Source: an uncultured Rhodospirillaceae bacterium
GTDB lineage: Bacteria > Pseudomonadota > Alphaproteobacteria > UBA7887
Assembly: GCA_913045505.1 (NCBI GenBank)
Contig: CAJWQN010000002.1
Location: forward strand, 1-40,353
Direction of reading: 5' to 3'
Length of the DNA: 40,353 nucleotides
The translations under genes and the position numbers were made by a program. The notes beneath the pieces are model-generated. The model searched no databases. It saw only the letters and a program-made list of their open reading frames with translations, and was not told the origin of the DNA. This document shows positions 8,704 to 17,284 of this stretch, in pieces. Numbering within the stretch: the stretch's first letter is position 1; every line of letters starts with the position of its first letter.

Positions 8704-8775
8704 CTACCAGAATGGGTAGAGACGGTTCCGCGCTGCTGGGCCTGCAGAAGGCAGGCGTTACTACCCAGAAAGGAG
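8704..8775 (+). promoter_or_regulatory. Structured 5' leader of flagellin-1 (candidate translational control element)
   Basis: TGGGTAG (8713-8719) can pair with CTACC (8704-8708) or with CTACCCA (8761-8767), which lies just 5' of the SD AAGGAG (8770-8775). The enclosed hairpin is GCCTGC (8740-8745) / GCAGGC (8751-8756). Confidence 0.3.
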
Positions 8776-8782
8776 TCGTAAC

Positions 8783-9607
8783 ATGGCCATCCAAAACTCC
8801 ATCAATACGAATCCGTCCGCGCTGGTTGCCTTGCGCAACCTGAACGCCACCAATTCGGCGTTGGCGGCGGTTCAGGATCGGGTATCCACCGGCCTCAAGG
8901 TGATCGGTGCCGCGGACAACGCTTCGTCCTTCGCCATCGCCCAGGGTATTCGGGCCGAAATCAAGGCGATCGCGGCGGTTAAGCAGGGCCTGTCCAACGG
9001 CCAGGGCGTCGCCACCGTTGCCATTGGTGGCGCGACCGAGGTCTCCAACCTGCTCGCCGACATCAAAGGCAAGATCATCGAAGGCCTGAATCCGGCCAAC
9101 ACCAGCGAGCAGCAAGTGATCCTGAATGCGGACTTCGTCGGTCTGATCGGTCAGATTCTGACCTTCGTCCAGAACGCGGAGTTCAACGGCCGGAACATTC
9201 TGGAGTCCGGGGGCAGCAACGTGAACATCATCGCCGACACCTCGGGCGGCGCGTTGACCTTGCGGGCGCAGGACTTGGAAGGAACCGCTTTCAGCCCCCT
9301 CAACGCCCAGAACTTGGCCAATGCCAGCGCCGCCTCGGCGGCCCTGACCGTGGTCAACTCGGCGATCGCGACCGTCAACACCGCGCTCGGCCAGCTCGGT
9401 GCCGACAATCGGGCACTGACCTTCCAGGAATCCTTCCTCAGTGCCATCTCGGATGCCACCGAAGAAGGCTTGGCGAGCATCGTGGATGCCGACTTGGCCA
9501 AGGAATCCGCGCAGTTGCAGTCCCTCCAGGTCAAGCAGCAATTGGCGATTCAGACCTTGAGTATCGCCAATGCCACACCGCAGGTGATTCTATCCCTGTT
9601 CCGGTAA
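8783..9607 (+). CDS. Flagellin (short 274-aa alphaproteobacterial type), paralog 1
   Basis: MAIQNSINTNPSALVALRNLN...DRVSTGLKV...DNASSFAIAQGIRAEI... and C-terminal DADLAKESAQLQSLQVKQQLAIQTLSIANATPQVILSLFR are canonical flagellin D0/D1 termini. There is no hypervariable domain. Confidence 0.95.
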   Translation: MAIQNSINTNPSALVALRNLNATNSALAAVQDRVSTGLKVIGAADNASSFAIAQGIRAEIKAIAAVKQGLSNGQGVATVAIGGATEVSNLLADIKGKIIEGLNPANTSEQQVILNADFVGLIGQILTFVQNAEFNGRNILESGGSNVNIIADTSGGALTLRAQDLEGTAFSPLNAQNLANASAASAALTVVNSAIATVNTALGQLGADNRALTFQESFLSAISDATEEGLASIVDADLAKESAQLQSLQVKQQLAIQTLSIANATPQVILSLFR

Positions 9608-9615
9608 ACGACGCC

Positions 9616-9647
9616 ATGGTGGGATCGGTCTCGGCCGATCCCACCAT
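9616..9647 (+). terminator. Strong hairpin after flagellin-1 (terminator/attenuator candidate)
   Basis: Perfect 13-bp inverted repeat ATGGTGGGATCGG (9616-9628) / CCGATCCCACCAT (9635-9647) with a 6-nt loop, starting 9 nt after the flagellin stop. The downstream tract cgttctc is only weakly U-rich. Confidence 0.5.
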
Positions 9648-9669
9648 CGTTCTCGGGGCGTGAGGGGCA

Positions 9670-10077
9670 ATGCCGCTCAAACTCACGCTCAAGCCCGAAG
9701 AGAAAGTCGTCATCAACGGTGCCGTGCTTTCCAACGGCCCGTCCAAGACCACCCTCAGCATCGAGAATTCCGCGATCATCCTGCGTCAGAAAGACATCAT
9801 GCAGGAGGAAGAGGCCAACACGCCGGCGCGGCGGATTTATTTTTGTATTCAGATGGCGTATCTAGACCTTGAGAATACCAACCTGTATTTAGAGAAAACA
9901 AACCAATTGGTTCGAGACTTCATGGCCGCGATCCCGACCGAGGCGGTCAAGAAGATCATCGAGCCGTTGGGCGCGGAATTGGCCGGCGGACGATACTTCC
10001 AGGCCCTGAAGCGGTGCCGGGAACTGATCGCATTCGAGGAACAGAGACTGAATTATGGCTTCGAATCCGTACGCTAG
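9670..10077 (+). CDS. flbT: Flagellin synthesis repressor FlbT
   Basis: MPLKLTLKPEEKVVINGAVLSNGPSKTTLSIENSAIILRQKDIM is the characteristic FlbT N-terminus. The gene sits between two flagellin genes and is followed by flaF. Confidence 0.85.
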   Translation: MPLKLTLKPEEKVVINGAVLSNGPSKTTLSIENSAIILRQKDIMQEEEANTPARRIYFCIQMAYLDLENTNLYLEKTNQLVRDFMAAIPTEAVKKIIEPLGAELAGGRYFQALKRCRELIAFEEQRLNYGFESVR

Positions 10078-10393
10078 CGCGATCCAAACCACCGAGACCC
10101 CGCGCGAGCGCGAGTATCGGCTGCTGGCGCGGGCCAACCGGCTGATGGCCGAGACCAAGGAACAAAGGGACGTCGGCACCCTGTATCGAGCGGTGCTGTT
10201 CAACCGACAGGTCTGGAACACCTTTCTGATCGATCTCACCGACGAGCGCAACGCGCTGCCCCAGGAACTCAAGGGCATGCTCATCTCGATCGGCATTTGG
10301 GTTGAGAAATTCTCCGACCAGGTGTGCGACGGCGAAGAAAGCGTCGATGATCTGATCGAGGTCAACCGCACGATCATGGACGGCCTGACCTAG
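10055..10393 (+). CDS. flaF: Flagellin synthesis regulator FlaF
   Basis: MASNPYASAIQTTETPREREYRLLARANRLM...NRQVWNTFLIDL...LPQELKGMLISIGIWV is FlaF-like. It overlaps the flbT 3' end by 23 nt. Confidence 0.8.
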   Translation: MASNPYASAIQTTETPREREYRLLARANRLMAETKEQRDVGTLYRAVLFNRQVWNTFLIDLTDERNALPQELKGMLISIGIWVEKFSDQVCDGEESVDDLIEVNRTIMDGLT

Positions 10394-10405
10394 GTCCGGG
10401 CCCGA

Positions 10406-10422
10406 CCCGCACCGGGTGCGGG
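10406..10422 (+). terminator. Short GC hairpin after flaF (weak terminator candidate)
   Basis: CCCGCACC g GGTGCGGG is effectively a 6-bp stem with a 5-nt loop, 13 nt after the flaF stop. There is no U tract. Confidence 0.25.
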
Positions 10423-10543
10423 CGACTCGTTCCCACCGACAATCGAGATCGATCCCATCGCCGGGCCCGGCTCGGCAAATATTGCCCGCCCGAACCCGGC
10501 AGGATTGGGGCAGACGCCAAATTTTCGAAATAAAATCATTCAA

Positions 10544-10556
10544 AATCAATTAGTTG
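10544..10556 (+). promoter_or_regulatory. IHF-like site in AT-rich tract upstream of the flagellin-2 sigma54 promoter
   Basis: AATCAAttagTTG matches WATCAANNNNTTR. It lies in the only strongly AT-rich stretch of this region (10518-10560), about 20 nt upstream of the -24 element. Confidence 0.35.
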
Positions 10557-10571
10557 ATATGGAAACCGGGA

Positions 10572-10587
10572 TGGCACGGCACTTGCT
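10572..10587 (+). promoter_or_regulatory. Sigma54 promoter of flagellin-2
   Basis: TGGCAC-ggcac-TTGCT is an essentially perfect -24/-12 consensus. It lies 42 nt upstream of the flagellin-2 ATG. Confidence 0.8.
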
Positions 10588-10628
10588 CATTGAGTTTACG
10601 AACTCGGCCGTGAGCAAGGAGCGTCGTT

Positions 10629-11453
10629 ATGGCCATCCAGAATTCCATCAACACCAACGTCGGCGCCGCGGTCGCGCTTCGCAATCTCAATTCGGTCAAC
10701 AACGCGCTGAGCCGGACCCAGGATCGGGTTTCCTCCGGCCTCAGGGTGATCGGCGCCAAGGACAACGCCTCGGCGTTCGCGATTTCCCAGGGGATTCGCG
10801 CCGAGATCAAGGCGATCAGCGCGGTCCAGCAGGGCATCGCCAACGGCCGTGGCGTCGCCGCGGTGGCGTTGGCCGGTTCCACCGATATCTCGAATCTCCT
10901 GAACGACATCAAGGCGAAGGTGATCGAAGGGCTGAACTCCGGCAACACCACTCAACAGCAGGCGATCATCAACGCCGATTACGCGGAACTGGTCGGCCAG
11001 GTGCTGAATTTCATTCAGAACTCAACCTTCAACGGGCGCAATATCCTTCAGTCGGGCAGCAGCAACGTCAACGTGATCTCCGATTCGTCCGGCGGCTCGC
11101 TGACCTTGCGCGCCCAGGACCTCGAAGGAAACGTGTTCAGCCCGATGAATGCCCAGAACCTCGCCAACGTTTCGGCGGCGTCGGCCGCCCTGACCATGAT
11201 CAACTCGGCGATCAACACCCTCAACACCACCCTCGGCCAGCTCGGCGCCGACGCCCGCGCGCTCGATTTCCAGGATACCTTCCTGGTCTCGTTGCTCGAC
11301 GCCACCGAGGAAGGCCTGGGCAGCATCGTGGACGCGGATCTGGCCAAGGAATCGGCCAAGCTGCAGGCCTTGCAGGTCAAGCAGCAACTCTCGATCCAGT
11401 CGCTCAGCATTGCCAACGCGGCGCCGCAGAATCTGCTCGCCCTGTTCCAGTAG
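10629..11453 (+). CDS. Flagellin (274 aa), paralog 2
   Basis: MAIQNSINTNVGAAVALRNLN...DRVSSGLRV...DNASAFAISQGIRAEI...DADLAKESAKLQALQVKQQLSIQSLSIANAAPQNLLALFQ is colinear with paralog 1, roughly 70% identical by eye. Confidence 0.95.
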   Translation: MAIQNSINTNVGAAVALRNLNSVNNALSRTQDRVSSGLRVIGAKDNASAFAISQGIRAEIKAISAVQQGIANGRGVAAVALAGSTDISNLLNDIKAKVIEGLNSGNTTQQQAIINADYAELVGQVLNFIQNSTFNGRNILQSGSSNVNVISDSSGGSLTLRAQDLEGNVFSPMNAQNLANVSAASAALTMINSAINTLNTTLGQLGADARALDFQDTFLVSLLDATEEGLGSIVDADLAKESAKLQALQVKQQLSIQSLSIANAAPQNLLALFQ

Positions 11454-11454
11454 G

Positions 11455-12171
11455 ATGACCATGACCGAGACCATTCCCGTCTACGTGGGCTGGGATCCGC
11501 GTCAAGACATCGCCTATCAGGTTTGCCGCCACTCGTTGCTGGCCCGCGCTTCCTGGCCGGTCACGGTGAGCCCCCTGACCCAGGACCATCTGCGCGCGAC
11601 CGGATTTTACTGGCGCGACGAGGATCCGCTGGCCTCGACCGCGTTCACCTACACCCGGTTCCTGGTCCCGACCGTGGCCGGTTTCGAGGACTGGGCGCTG
11701 TTTTGCGACAGCGACTTTCTGTGGCTGGGCGACGTGGCCGAGCTATGGGCACTGCGCGACCCGCGCTACGCCGTGATGTGTGTCCAACACGATTATCGCC
11801 CACCCGAGACTCTCAAGATGGACGGCCGCCTCCAGACCCGTTATCCGCGCAAAAACTGGTCCAGCTTGATGCTCGTCAATTGTGGCCACCCCGCCAACGG
11901 ACCATTGACGGCGGTGATGGCGAACCGGGAAAGCGGCCGCTTCCTGCACCGTTTCAAATGGTTGGACGACAGCTTGATCGGCGCATTACCGGAGAAGTGG
12001 AACTGGCTCGAAGGGTGGTGCGCGAAGCCCCAGGTGGGAACTCCGCGGGCGATCCATTACACCCGCGGCGGCCCCTGGTTCGCGGACTGGCAAGACGTCG
12101 ATTACGCCGAAGACTGGTTCGACGAAGAGCGCCGGTACCGGGACACTCTGCCCGCCACTCACATCGCCTGA
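11455..12171 (+). CDS. GT-A fold DxD glycosyltransferase (GT8-like)
   Basis: ATG lies 1 nt after the flagellin-2 stop. Motifs: STAFTYTRFLVP, FCDSDFLWLGD (DxD), HYTRGGPWF. No terminator separates it from flagellin-2. The family assignment is from motif memory. Confidence 0.65.
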   Translation: MTMTETIPVYVGWDPRQDIAYQVCRHSLLARASWPVTVSPLTQDHLRATGFYWRDEDPLASTAFTYTRFLVPTVAGFEDWALFCDSDFLWLGDVAELWALRDPRYAVMCVQHDYRPPETLKMDGRLQTRYPRKNWSSLMLVNCGHPANGPLTAVMANRESGRFLHRFKWLDDSLIGALPEKWNWLEGWCAKPQVGTPRAIHYTRGGPWFADWQDVDYAEDWFDEERRYRDTLPATHIA

Positions 12172-13904
12172 GCGCCCAAACGGCCGGCCTCGATCGCGGG
12201 CGCCAAGGCGGCCCCGACCCGCGCCAGGACCCGATCCCAATCGCCGGCCTCGGTCTGGCGAAACAGGCGCATCCGCGGATACCAAAGACTGTCGTCCCGG
12301 TCCAATTGCCAGCGCCAATCGGGCACTTTCGGAATCAGGGTCCAGACCTCCTTGCCCAGCGCTCCGGCCAGATGAACCGCGGCGTTCGAGGTCGCGACCA
12401 CAATATCGAGGGCCGCGATCTGGGCGGCGAAACCGTCAAGATCCGCCATCTGATCGATCGCCGAATCGTGGTGAACACGGACCCCGTAACGGTGTTCCAC
12501 TGCCTCCAATTCCTCGGCGCAGTCGCCATATTGGAGATTGACGAACACCGCGTCCGCCTGCATCAGCACCGGATACCACTGGTTCAGCGACGATGACTTG
12601 GCGATGCTGAAGCGGATGTTGTCGACCGTGGCCACGCCCGATTTGCTGCGCCAAGCCACTCCGATTTTCGGTCCCCGACCAAGGGCATCATAACGGGCGC
12701 GAATGCGTGCGGCCTGCTCCGGGTCGGCGGTCAGATAGGCGCGCGGCGCGGCAAAGGATCGGGCCGAGCGGCGCAGCCAGCGGCACAGGCTGCCGGTCGC
12801 CGAGTGCCGGTCGATCATGGGCTCGAGCAGCCGCGAATCCGGGACCGCGGCACGGGCGACCACCTCCGCGTCGGGGAACGAGCGCGCGAACAGCGATGCC
12901 AGGCGCTCATCGCACTCGATCACGAGGCGCGCACCGGCGGCGATCACGTCGTCCAGAACCGAAGCGTACATCACTTCGTCCCCGATCCCCTGCTCGCCCC
13001 AGGCCAACAAAGTCGTTCCGGCCAGCGGCTCGCCCGTCCAGCGGGGATGGGAAAACGGCCTCGGCCAGGCATCCCTGGCCCGCCAGCGCCAGTCGTATTC
13101 GGCGAAGCCGTTCTCGAAATCGCCTCCCAGCAGCAGAGCCAGCCCGAGGTTCTTGTGCGCCTCGGCCAAGTCCGGCCGCAGGGCGATCGCCCGGCGGTGG
13201 CTTTCGATAGCCTCGTCCAGTTGGCCCAGATCCTTGAGTGCCACGCCCAAATTGTCGAACGCCTGGGCGAAATCCGGCCGGCGGGCGATCGCGCGCCGGT
13301 ATTCGACCACGGCCTCGTCCAGGCGGCCGACCGTGACCAGAATATTGCCCATATTGTTGCGGGCGTCGGCGTCGTCCGGATCGATGGCCAGGGCGGCGGC
13401 GTAGTGGCCGACCGCTTGGTCCAGGCGCCCGGTCGCCTTGAGCAGGACGCCCAGGTTGGAGTGGGCGCGCCCATGTTCGGGCGCGATCTCCAATGCGCGG
13501 CGAAACGCCGCCTCGGCTTCGTCCAAAATTCCTTCCGCCTCGAGTGCCAAGCCAAGATTGTTGTGGACGCCGGCCAGGTCCGCGTCCAGGCCCAAGGCGC
13601 GCCGGTATTGGCGGATCGCGTCCCCAAATCGGCCGCGTGCCCGGAACGTCTCGCCCATGGCATTGTGGTAGTCGGGCACCTTGGGATCGATGGCGATCGC
13701 CTCGCCGATCAGGACCGCGGCGCGGTCGGAGTCGCCCCGCTGTTGGGCGAGGACGCCCCGCAAATGAAGCGCATCGGCATTTTTCGGGTTGTCCTCGAGA
13801 ATCTCGCGGTACAAGCGCTCGGCCGTGTCGCCGTCGCCGGCACGATGGGCGCGCAAGGCCACGGCGAGGCGCGGGTCGGGTGCCGACACGTCGGGGCCGC
13901 TCAA
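12159..13904 (-). CDS. TPR-repeat + GT9 (heptosyltransferase)-like glycosyltransferase, paralog A
   Basis: N-terminal TPRs (AERLYREILEDNPKNADALHLRGVLAQQRGD...). The C-terminal domain carries the family motifs WGEQGIGDEVMYASVL, NLQYGDC, FAAQIAALDIVVATSNAAVHLAGALGKEVW, PDWRWQ, SLWYPRMRLFRQ. There is no in-frame ATG before the TPRs, so the start is taken as TTG 13904 overlapping the upstream stop (TTGA); GTG 13889 is the alternative. Its 3' end overlaps the convergent GT-A gene by 13 nt. Confidence 0.8.
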   Translation of the reverse strand: MSGPDVSAPDPRLAVALRAHRAGDGDTAERLYREILEDNPKNADALHLRGVLAQQRGDSDRAAVLIGEAIAIDPKVPDYHNAMGETFRARGRFGDAIRQYRRALGLDADLAGVHNNLGLALEAEGILDEAEAAFRRALEIAPEHGRAHSNLGVLLKATGRLDQAVGHYAAALAIDPDDADARNNMGNILVTVGRLDEAVVEYRRAIARRPDFAQAFDNLGVALKDLGQLDEAIESHRRAIALRPDLAEAHKNLGLALLLGGDFENGFAEYDWRWRARDAWPRPFSHPRWTGEPLAGTTLLAWGEQGIGDEVMYASVLDDVIAAGARLVIECDERLASLFARSFPDAEVVARAAVPDSRLLEPMIDRHSATGSLCRWLRRSARSFAAPRAYLTADPEQAARIRARYDALGRGPKIGVAWRSKSGVATVDNIRFSIAKSSSLNQWYPVLMQADAVFVNLQYGDCAEELEAVEHRYGVRVHHDSAIDQMADLDGFAAQIAALDIVVATSNAAVHLAGALGKEVWTLIPKVPDWRWQLDRDDSLWYPRMRLFRQTEAGDWDRVLARVGAALAPAIEAGRLGAQAM

Positions 13905-15715
13905 CCGGCGCCGACGCGGGCCGCGAGCTGGGTGCCCGCTCGCGCCATGACATCGTCCCAGTCGGCGGCGGTGGTTTGGCGCAGCAGGTCCATGTTCGGA
14001 TACCACAGGCTGTCGCCGCGGTCGCGCTGCCAGCGCCAATCGGGCACCTTGGCGAGCAGGGTCCAAACCTCCTGGCCAAGCGCGCCGGCCATATGGACTG
14101 TGGTGTTGGAGGTCGCGATGACTAGATCCAGGGCGGCGATCTGGGCGGCGAAGTCTTCCAGGCTCGCGATCTGGTCGATGGCGTCGTCATCGATGATGCG
14201 GACGCCGAACATTTGCTCGGCCTCGGCCAGATCAGCCGCGCAGTCACCGTACTGCAGATTGACGAACGTGGCGCCCGATTGGGTCAGGACCGGCGCCCAC
14301 TCGCCCAGGGACGACGACTTGGCGGCCTTGAACAAGACGTTTTCGATATTGGCGCGCCGAGGGGTGCTGCGCCACGCGATCCCGACCTTGACGCCGGGCG
14401 CTTGGCCGTCGTAGCGGGCGCGAACCTCCGCCACCCGCGCGGGATCGGCGGTCAGATAGGCTCGCGGCCCGGCGAACTGGGCCGGCTCGCGACGCAGCCA
14501 GCGACACAGGCCGCCGGCGGCGCATTGCAAATCGATGGTCGAATCCCGAAGACGCTCATCCGGCGGGTCGTCGCGGGTAATGAAGGTCGCGTTCGGGAAC
14601 GAGCGGGCGAACAGGGGTACCAGGCGCCCGTCGCATTCGACCACGACCCGACCGGCGGCGTCGATGACCTCGGGCAGGATCGACGCCAGCATGATCTCGT
14701 CGCCGACCCCTTGCTCGCCCCAGACCAGCAAGGTCTTGCCGGTGAGCGGCGCGCCGTCCCAGACCGGGATATCGAACGTCCGTTGCCAGGTATCCGGCTC
14801 GCGCCAACGCCATTCCCATTCGTCGAATCCGGCCGCGAACTCGCCGATCGAGAGCAAGGATACGCTGAGGTTCTTGTGCGCCTTCACATGGACCGGATCG
14901 GCGGCCACCGCGTGGCGATAAGATGCGATGGCCTGCTCGGCATCACCGCCATCGGCCAAATTGACGCCAAGATTGTAATGGGCGTCGGCGCAATTCGGCT
15001 GGGCGCGAATCGCCCGGCGATAATAAGCGGTCGACTCGGGCACCCGGCCGGTCTCCTTGAGCGCAGCGCCGACGTTGACCATCGCCTGGGCGTTGCCGGG
15101 CTCGATGTCGAGCGCCCGGCGATAATGCCAAAAGGCGTCGTCATGATGACCCTGCATCCACAAGGCGTTGCCCAGATTGCTGTGGGCGTCGGCGTATTTG
15201 GGCGCCACCGCCAGGGCCAAGCGGTAATGGGAGACGGCTTCGTCCAGCTTGCCCGCGCCTTTCAGCAGAATTCCCAGATTGTTGTGGCTCTTGGCATGAT
15301 CGGGCCGGCTGGTCAGCGCCCGGCGATAGTGGGTTTCCGCCTCGGCGATCTCTCCCGTGGCGGCCAAGGCCAGGCCCAGATTGTTGTGAGCGTCGGCGTG
15401 ATCGGGATCCAGATCGACCGCCCGGCGGCCATGGTTGATGGCATCGCCGAGCCCTCCTTGGGCGCGGTGCGCCTCGGCGATATTGCTGTGAAAATCCGCG
15501 ATCCGGTCGTTGATCCCGATCGCCCGGCCGATCAGGCGCACGGCCGTCGCGTGATCGCCGCCTTGATGGGCGGCGACTCCGCTCAAGTGCAGGGCGTCCG
15601 AATGATTCGGATCGTCGTCGAGAATTTCCCGGTACAGCCGTTCGGCTTCCCGAAGGTCGCCGGCCTGATGGCTGGCCAAGGCGGCCGAGAGCTTGGTTTC
15701 GGTGGTGGGCATCAT
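13901..15715 (-). CDS. TPR-repeat + GT9-like glycosyltransferase, paralog B
   Basis: ATG-ATG start at 15715. REAERLYREILDDDPNHSDALHLSGVAAHQGGD plus further TPRs, then WGEQGVGDEIMLASIL, NLQYGDC, IATSNTTVHMAGALGQEVW, PDWRWQ, SLWYPNM. Confidence 0.85.
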   Translation of the reverse strand: MMPTTETKLSAALASHQAGDLREAERLYREILDDDPNHSDALHLSGVAAHQGGDHATAVRLIGRAIGINDRIADFHSNIAEAHRAQGGLGDAINHGRRAVDLDPDHADAHNNLGLALAATGEIAEAETHYRRALTSRPDHAKSHNNLGILLKGAGKLDEAVSHYRLALAVAPKYADAHSNLGNALWMQGHHDDAFWHYRRALDIEPGNAQAMVNVGAALKETGRVPESTAYYRRAIRAQPNCADAHYNLGVNLADGGDAEQAIASYRHAVAADPVHVKAHKNLSVSLLSIGEFAAGFDEWEWRWREPDTWQRTFDIPVWDGAPLTGKTLLVWGEQGVGDEIMLASILPEVIDAAGRVVVECDGRLVPLFARSFPNATFITRDDPPDERLRDSTIDLQCAAGGLCRWLRREPAQFAGPRAYLTADPARVAEVRARYDGQAPGVKVGIAWRSTPRRANIENVLFKAAKSSSLGEWAPVLTQSGATFVNLQYGDCAADLAEAEQMFGVRIIDDDAIDQIASLEDFAAQIAALDLVIATSNTTVHMAGALGQEVWTLLAKVPDWRWQRDRGDSLWYPNMDLLRQTTAADWDDVMARAGTQLAARVGAG

Positions 15716-15775
15716 CCAGCCCCGTCTCGAACGGTCGTGGCCATTATGGACCCGGCGGTCAGCACCGCAAAGTCG

Positions 15776-17281
15776 TCATCCGCGATGGTCGGCCAGGGCC
15801 GCCGCGACCCGCGCCAGAAGCCCGGTCCAGTCGCCGGCATCGGCCTGGCGCATCAGGCGCGCGTTGGGATACCACAGGCTGCCCGTGGCCCCGCTCCGCC
15901 AACGCCAATCGGCAAGCTGGGGCAGAAGCACCCAGAGCGCGCCGCCCAGCGCGCCAGCCAGATGGGCGGTGGTGTTGGCGGTGGTGATCACCAGATCGAG
16001 CGCCGCGATCTGGGCCGCGAAATCATCGAGGCTGGTCATCTGATCGACCGCCGGATCGCGATGCACTCTGACGCCGAGCTGCTCCTCGATCGCGTCCAGA
16101 TCCGCGTCGCAGTCGCCATATTGGAGATTGACGAAGTGGATGCCGGCCTCGGTCAGGATCGGTGCCCAGGCATCGAGGCTGGAGGATTTGGCGGCACCAA
16201 AACGGCTGTCGCCGGCGGTGCTCCGCCATGAAATTCCGACCTTGAGGCCGCCGCCGAGACCGTCCAGAAAGCCACGGCACTCCTCGATTCGTGCCTCGTC
16301 GGCGCGGAGATAGCCGGGAATCGACGCAAAAGAATCGGAGTCCGGCCGCAGCCAACGGCCCAGGCCGCCGATCGGGCATTGAAAATCGATATCGGGTGCC
16401 ATCGTCAGGGGGGCCGGCGGGTCCTGCCTGGCGACGACCCGCACCCCCGGGAAGGACCGTTCAAACAGTGGCACCAGGCGCGGCGCGCATTCGATGATGC
16501 AGTGCTCCGCCGCCGCGGCGACTTCCCCAATCAGGGCGGCGAACATGATTTCCTCGCCGACCGCCTGCTCGCCCCAGACCAGAACCCGCCGCCCGGCCAG
16601 CGGCTCGCCCCGCCATTCGGGTTGGGGAAAGCCGCGCGCCGCGGTGGCCAATCCGGGTCTGCGGAATCGCCATTCGTATTCCGCCCAGCCGTCGGCGAAT
16701 TCACCGAGTCGGAGCAGCGTGATCGCCATATGGAAATGGGCCTCGGCATGGTCGGGACTGGCGTCCATGCAGCGCCGGTAGGCCGCGATCGCCGACACCG
16801 GATCGCCCCCGGCGTTCAACGCCCGGGCGAGGCGATAGAGGGTTTCGCCGTCGCCGGGGCGAAGCGCCAGGGCGTCCTGAAAGCACGCGACGGCATCCTC
16901 CGGGCGGCCCGATTCGGTCAAGGCCACGCCCAGATTGACATGGGCGTTGGCAAAGTCCCGGTTCAACGCCAGCGCGCGCCGGTAATGGTCGATCGCCTGC
17001 TCGGCGGCCCCCGTTTGCCAGAACAGGACGCCGAGATCGTGATGGACGGCGGCATTGTCGGCATCCAGGGCCAGTGACCGCTGGTAGCAGTCCATGGCGG
17101 CGGTGACCTCCCCTTGGCCTGCCAAGGCGATGCCCAGCAAATGATGCACATCGGCCCGATCGGGCGCCTTCGCCAACACCTCGCAATACGCCGCCACCGC
17201 CCGATCCAATTGGCCGCGCTTGTGATGGCGCAAGCCCAGCGCCAAGAGTCGGTCCCCGTCAGGCGTCGGCGCGGCACCCAT
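15776..17281 (-). CDS. TPR-repeat + GT9-like glycosyltransferase, paralog C
   Basis: ATG 17281 lies 3 nt after the upstream stop (TGA-GTG-ATG). There are about 6 TPRs, then WGEQAVGEEIMFAALI, NLQYGDC, ITTANTTAHLAGALGGALW, ADWRWR, SLWYPNARLMRQ. Confidence 0.85.
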   Translation of the reverse strand: MGAAPTPDGDRLLALGLRHHKRGQLDRAVAAYCEVLAKAPDRADVHHLLGIALAGQGEVTAAMDCYQRSLALDADNAAVHHDLGVLFWQTGAAEQAIDHYRRALALNRDFANAHVNLGVALTESGRPEDAVACFQDALALRPGDGETLYRLARALNAGGDPVSAIAAYRRCMDASPDHAEAHFHMAITLLRLGEFADGWAEYEWRFRRPGLATAARGFPQPEWRGEPLAGRRVLVWGEQAVGEEIMFAALIGEVAAAAEHCIIECAPRLVPLFERSFPGVRVVARQDPPAPLTMAPDIDFQCPIGGLGRWLRPDSDSFASIPGYLRADEARIEECRGFLDGLGGGLKVGISWRSTAGDSRFGAAKSSSLDAWAPILTEAGIHFVNLQYGDCDADLDAIEEQLGVRVHRDPAVDQMTSLDDFAAQIAALDLVITTANTTAHLAGALGGALWVLLPQLADWRWRSGATGSLWYPNARLMRQADAGDWTGLLARVAAALADHRG

Positions 17282-17284
17282 CAC

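Noticed and set aside
8783-11453. N-x-S/T sequons in the two flagellins (five each, for example NAT, NAS, NTS; NAS, NTT, NST, NVS, NTT) as possible targets of HMW1C-like GT41 N-glycosylation.
   Set aside because: With about 24 Asn and about 15% Ser+Thr, roughly 3-4 sequons are expected by chance, so the count shows no clear enrichment.
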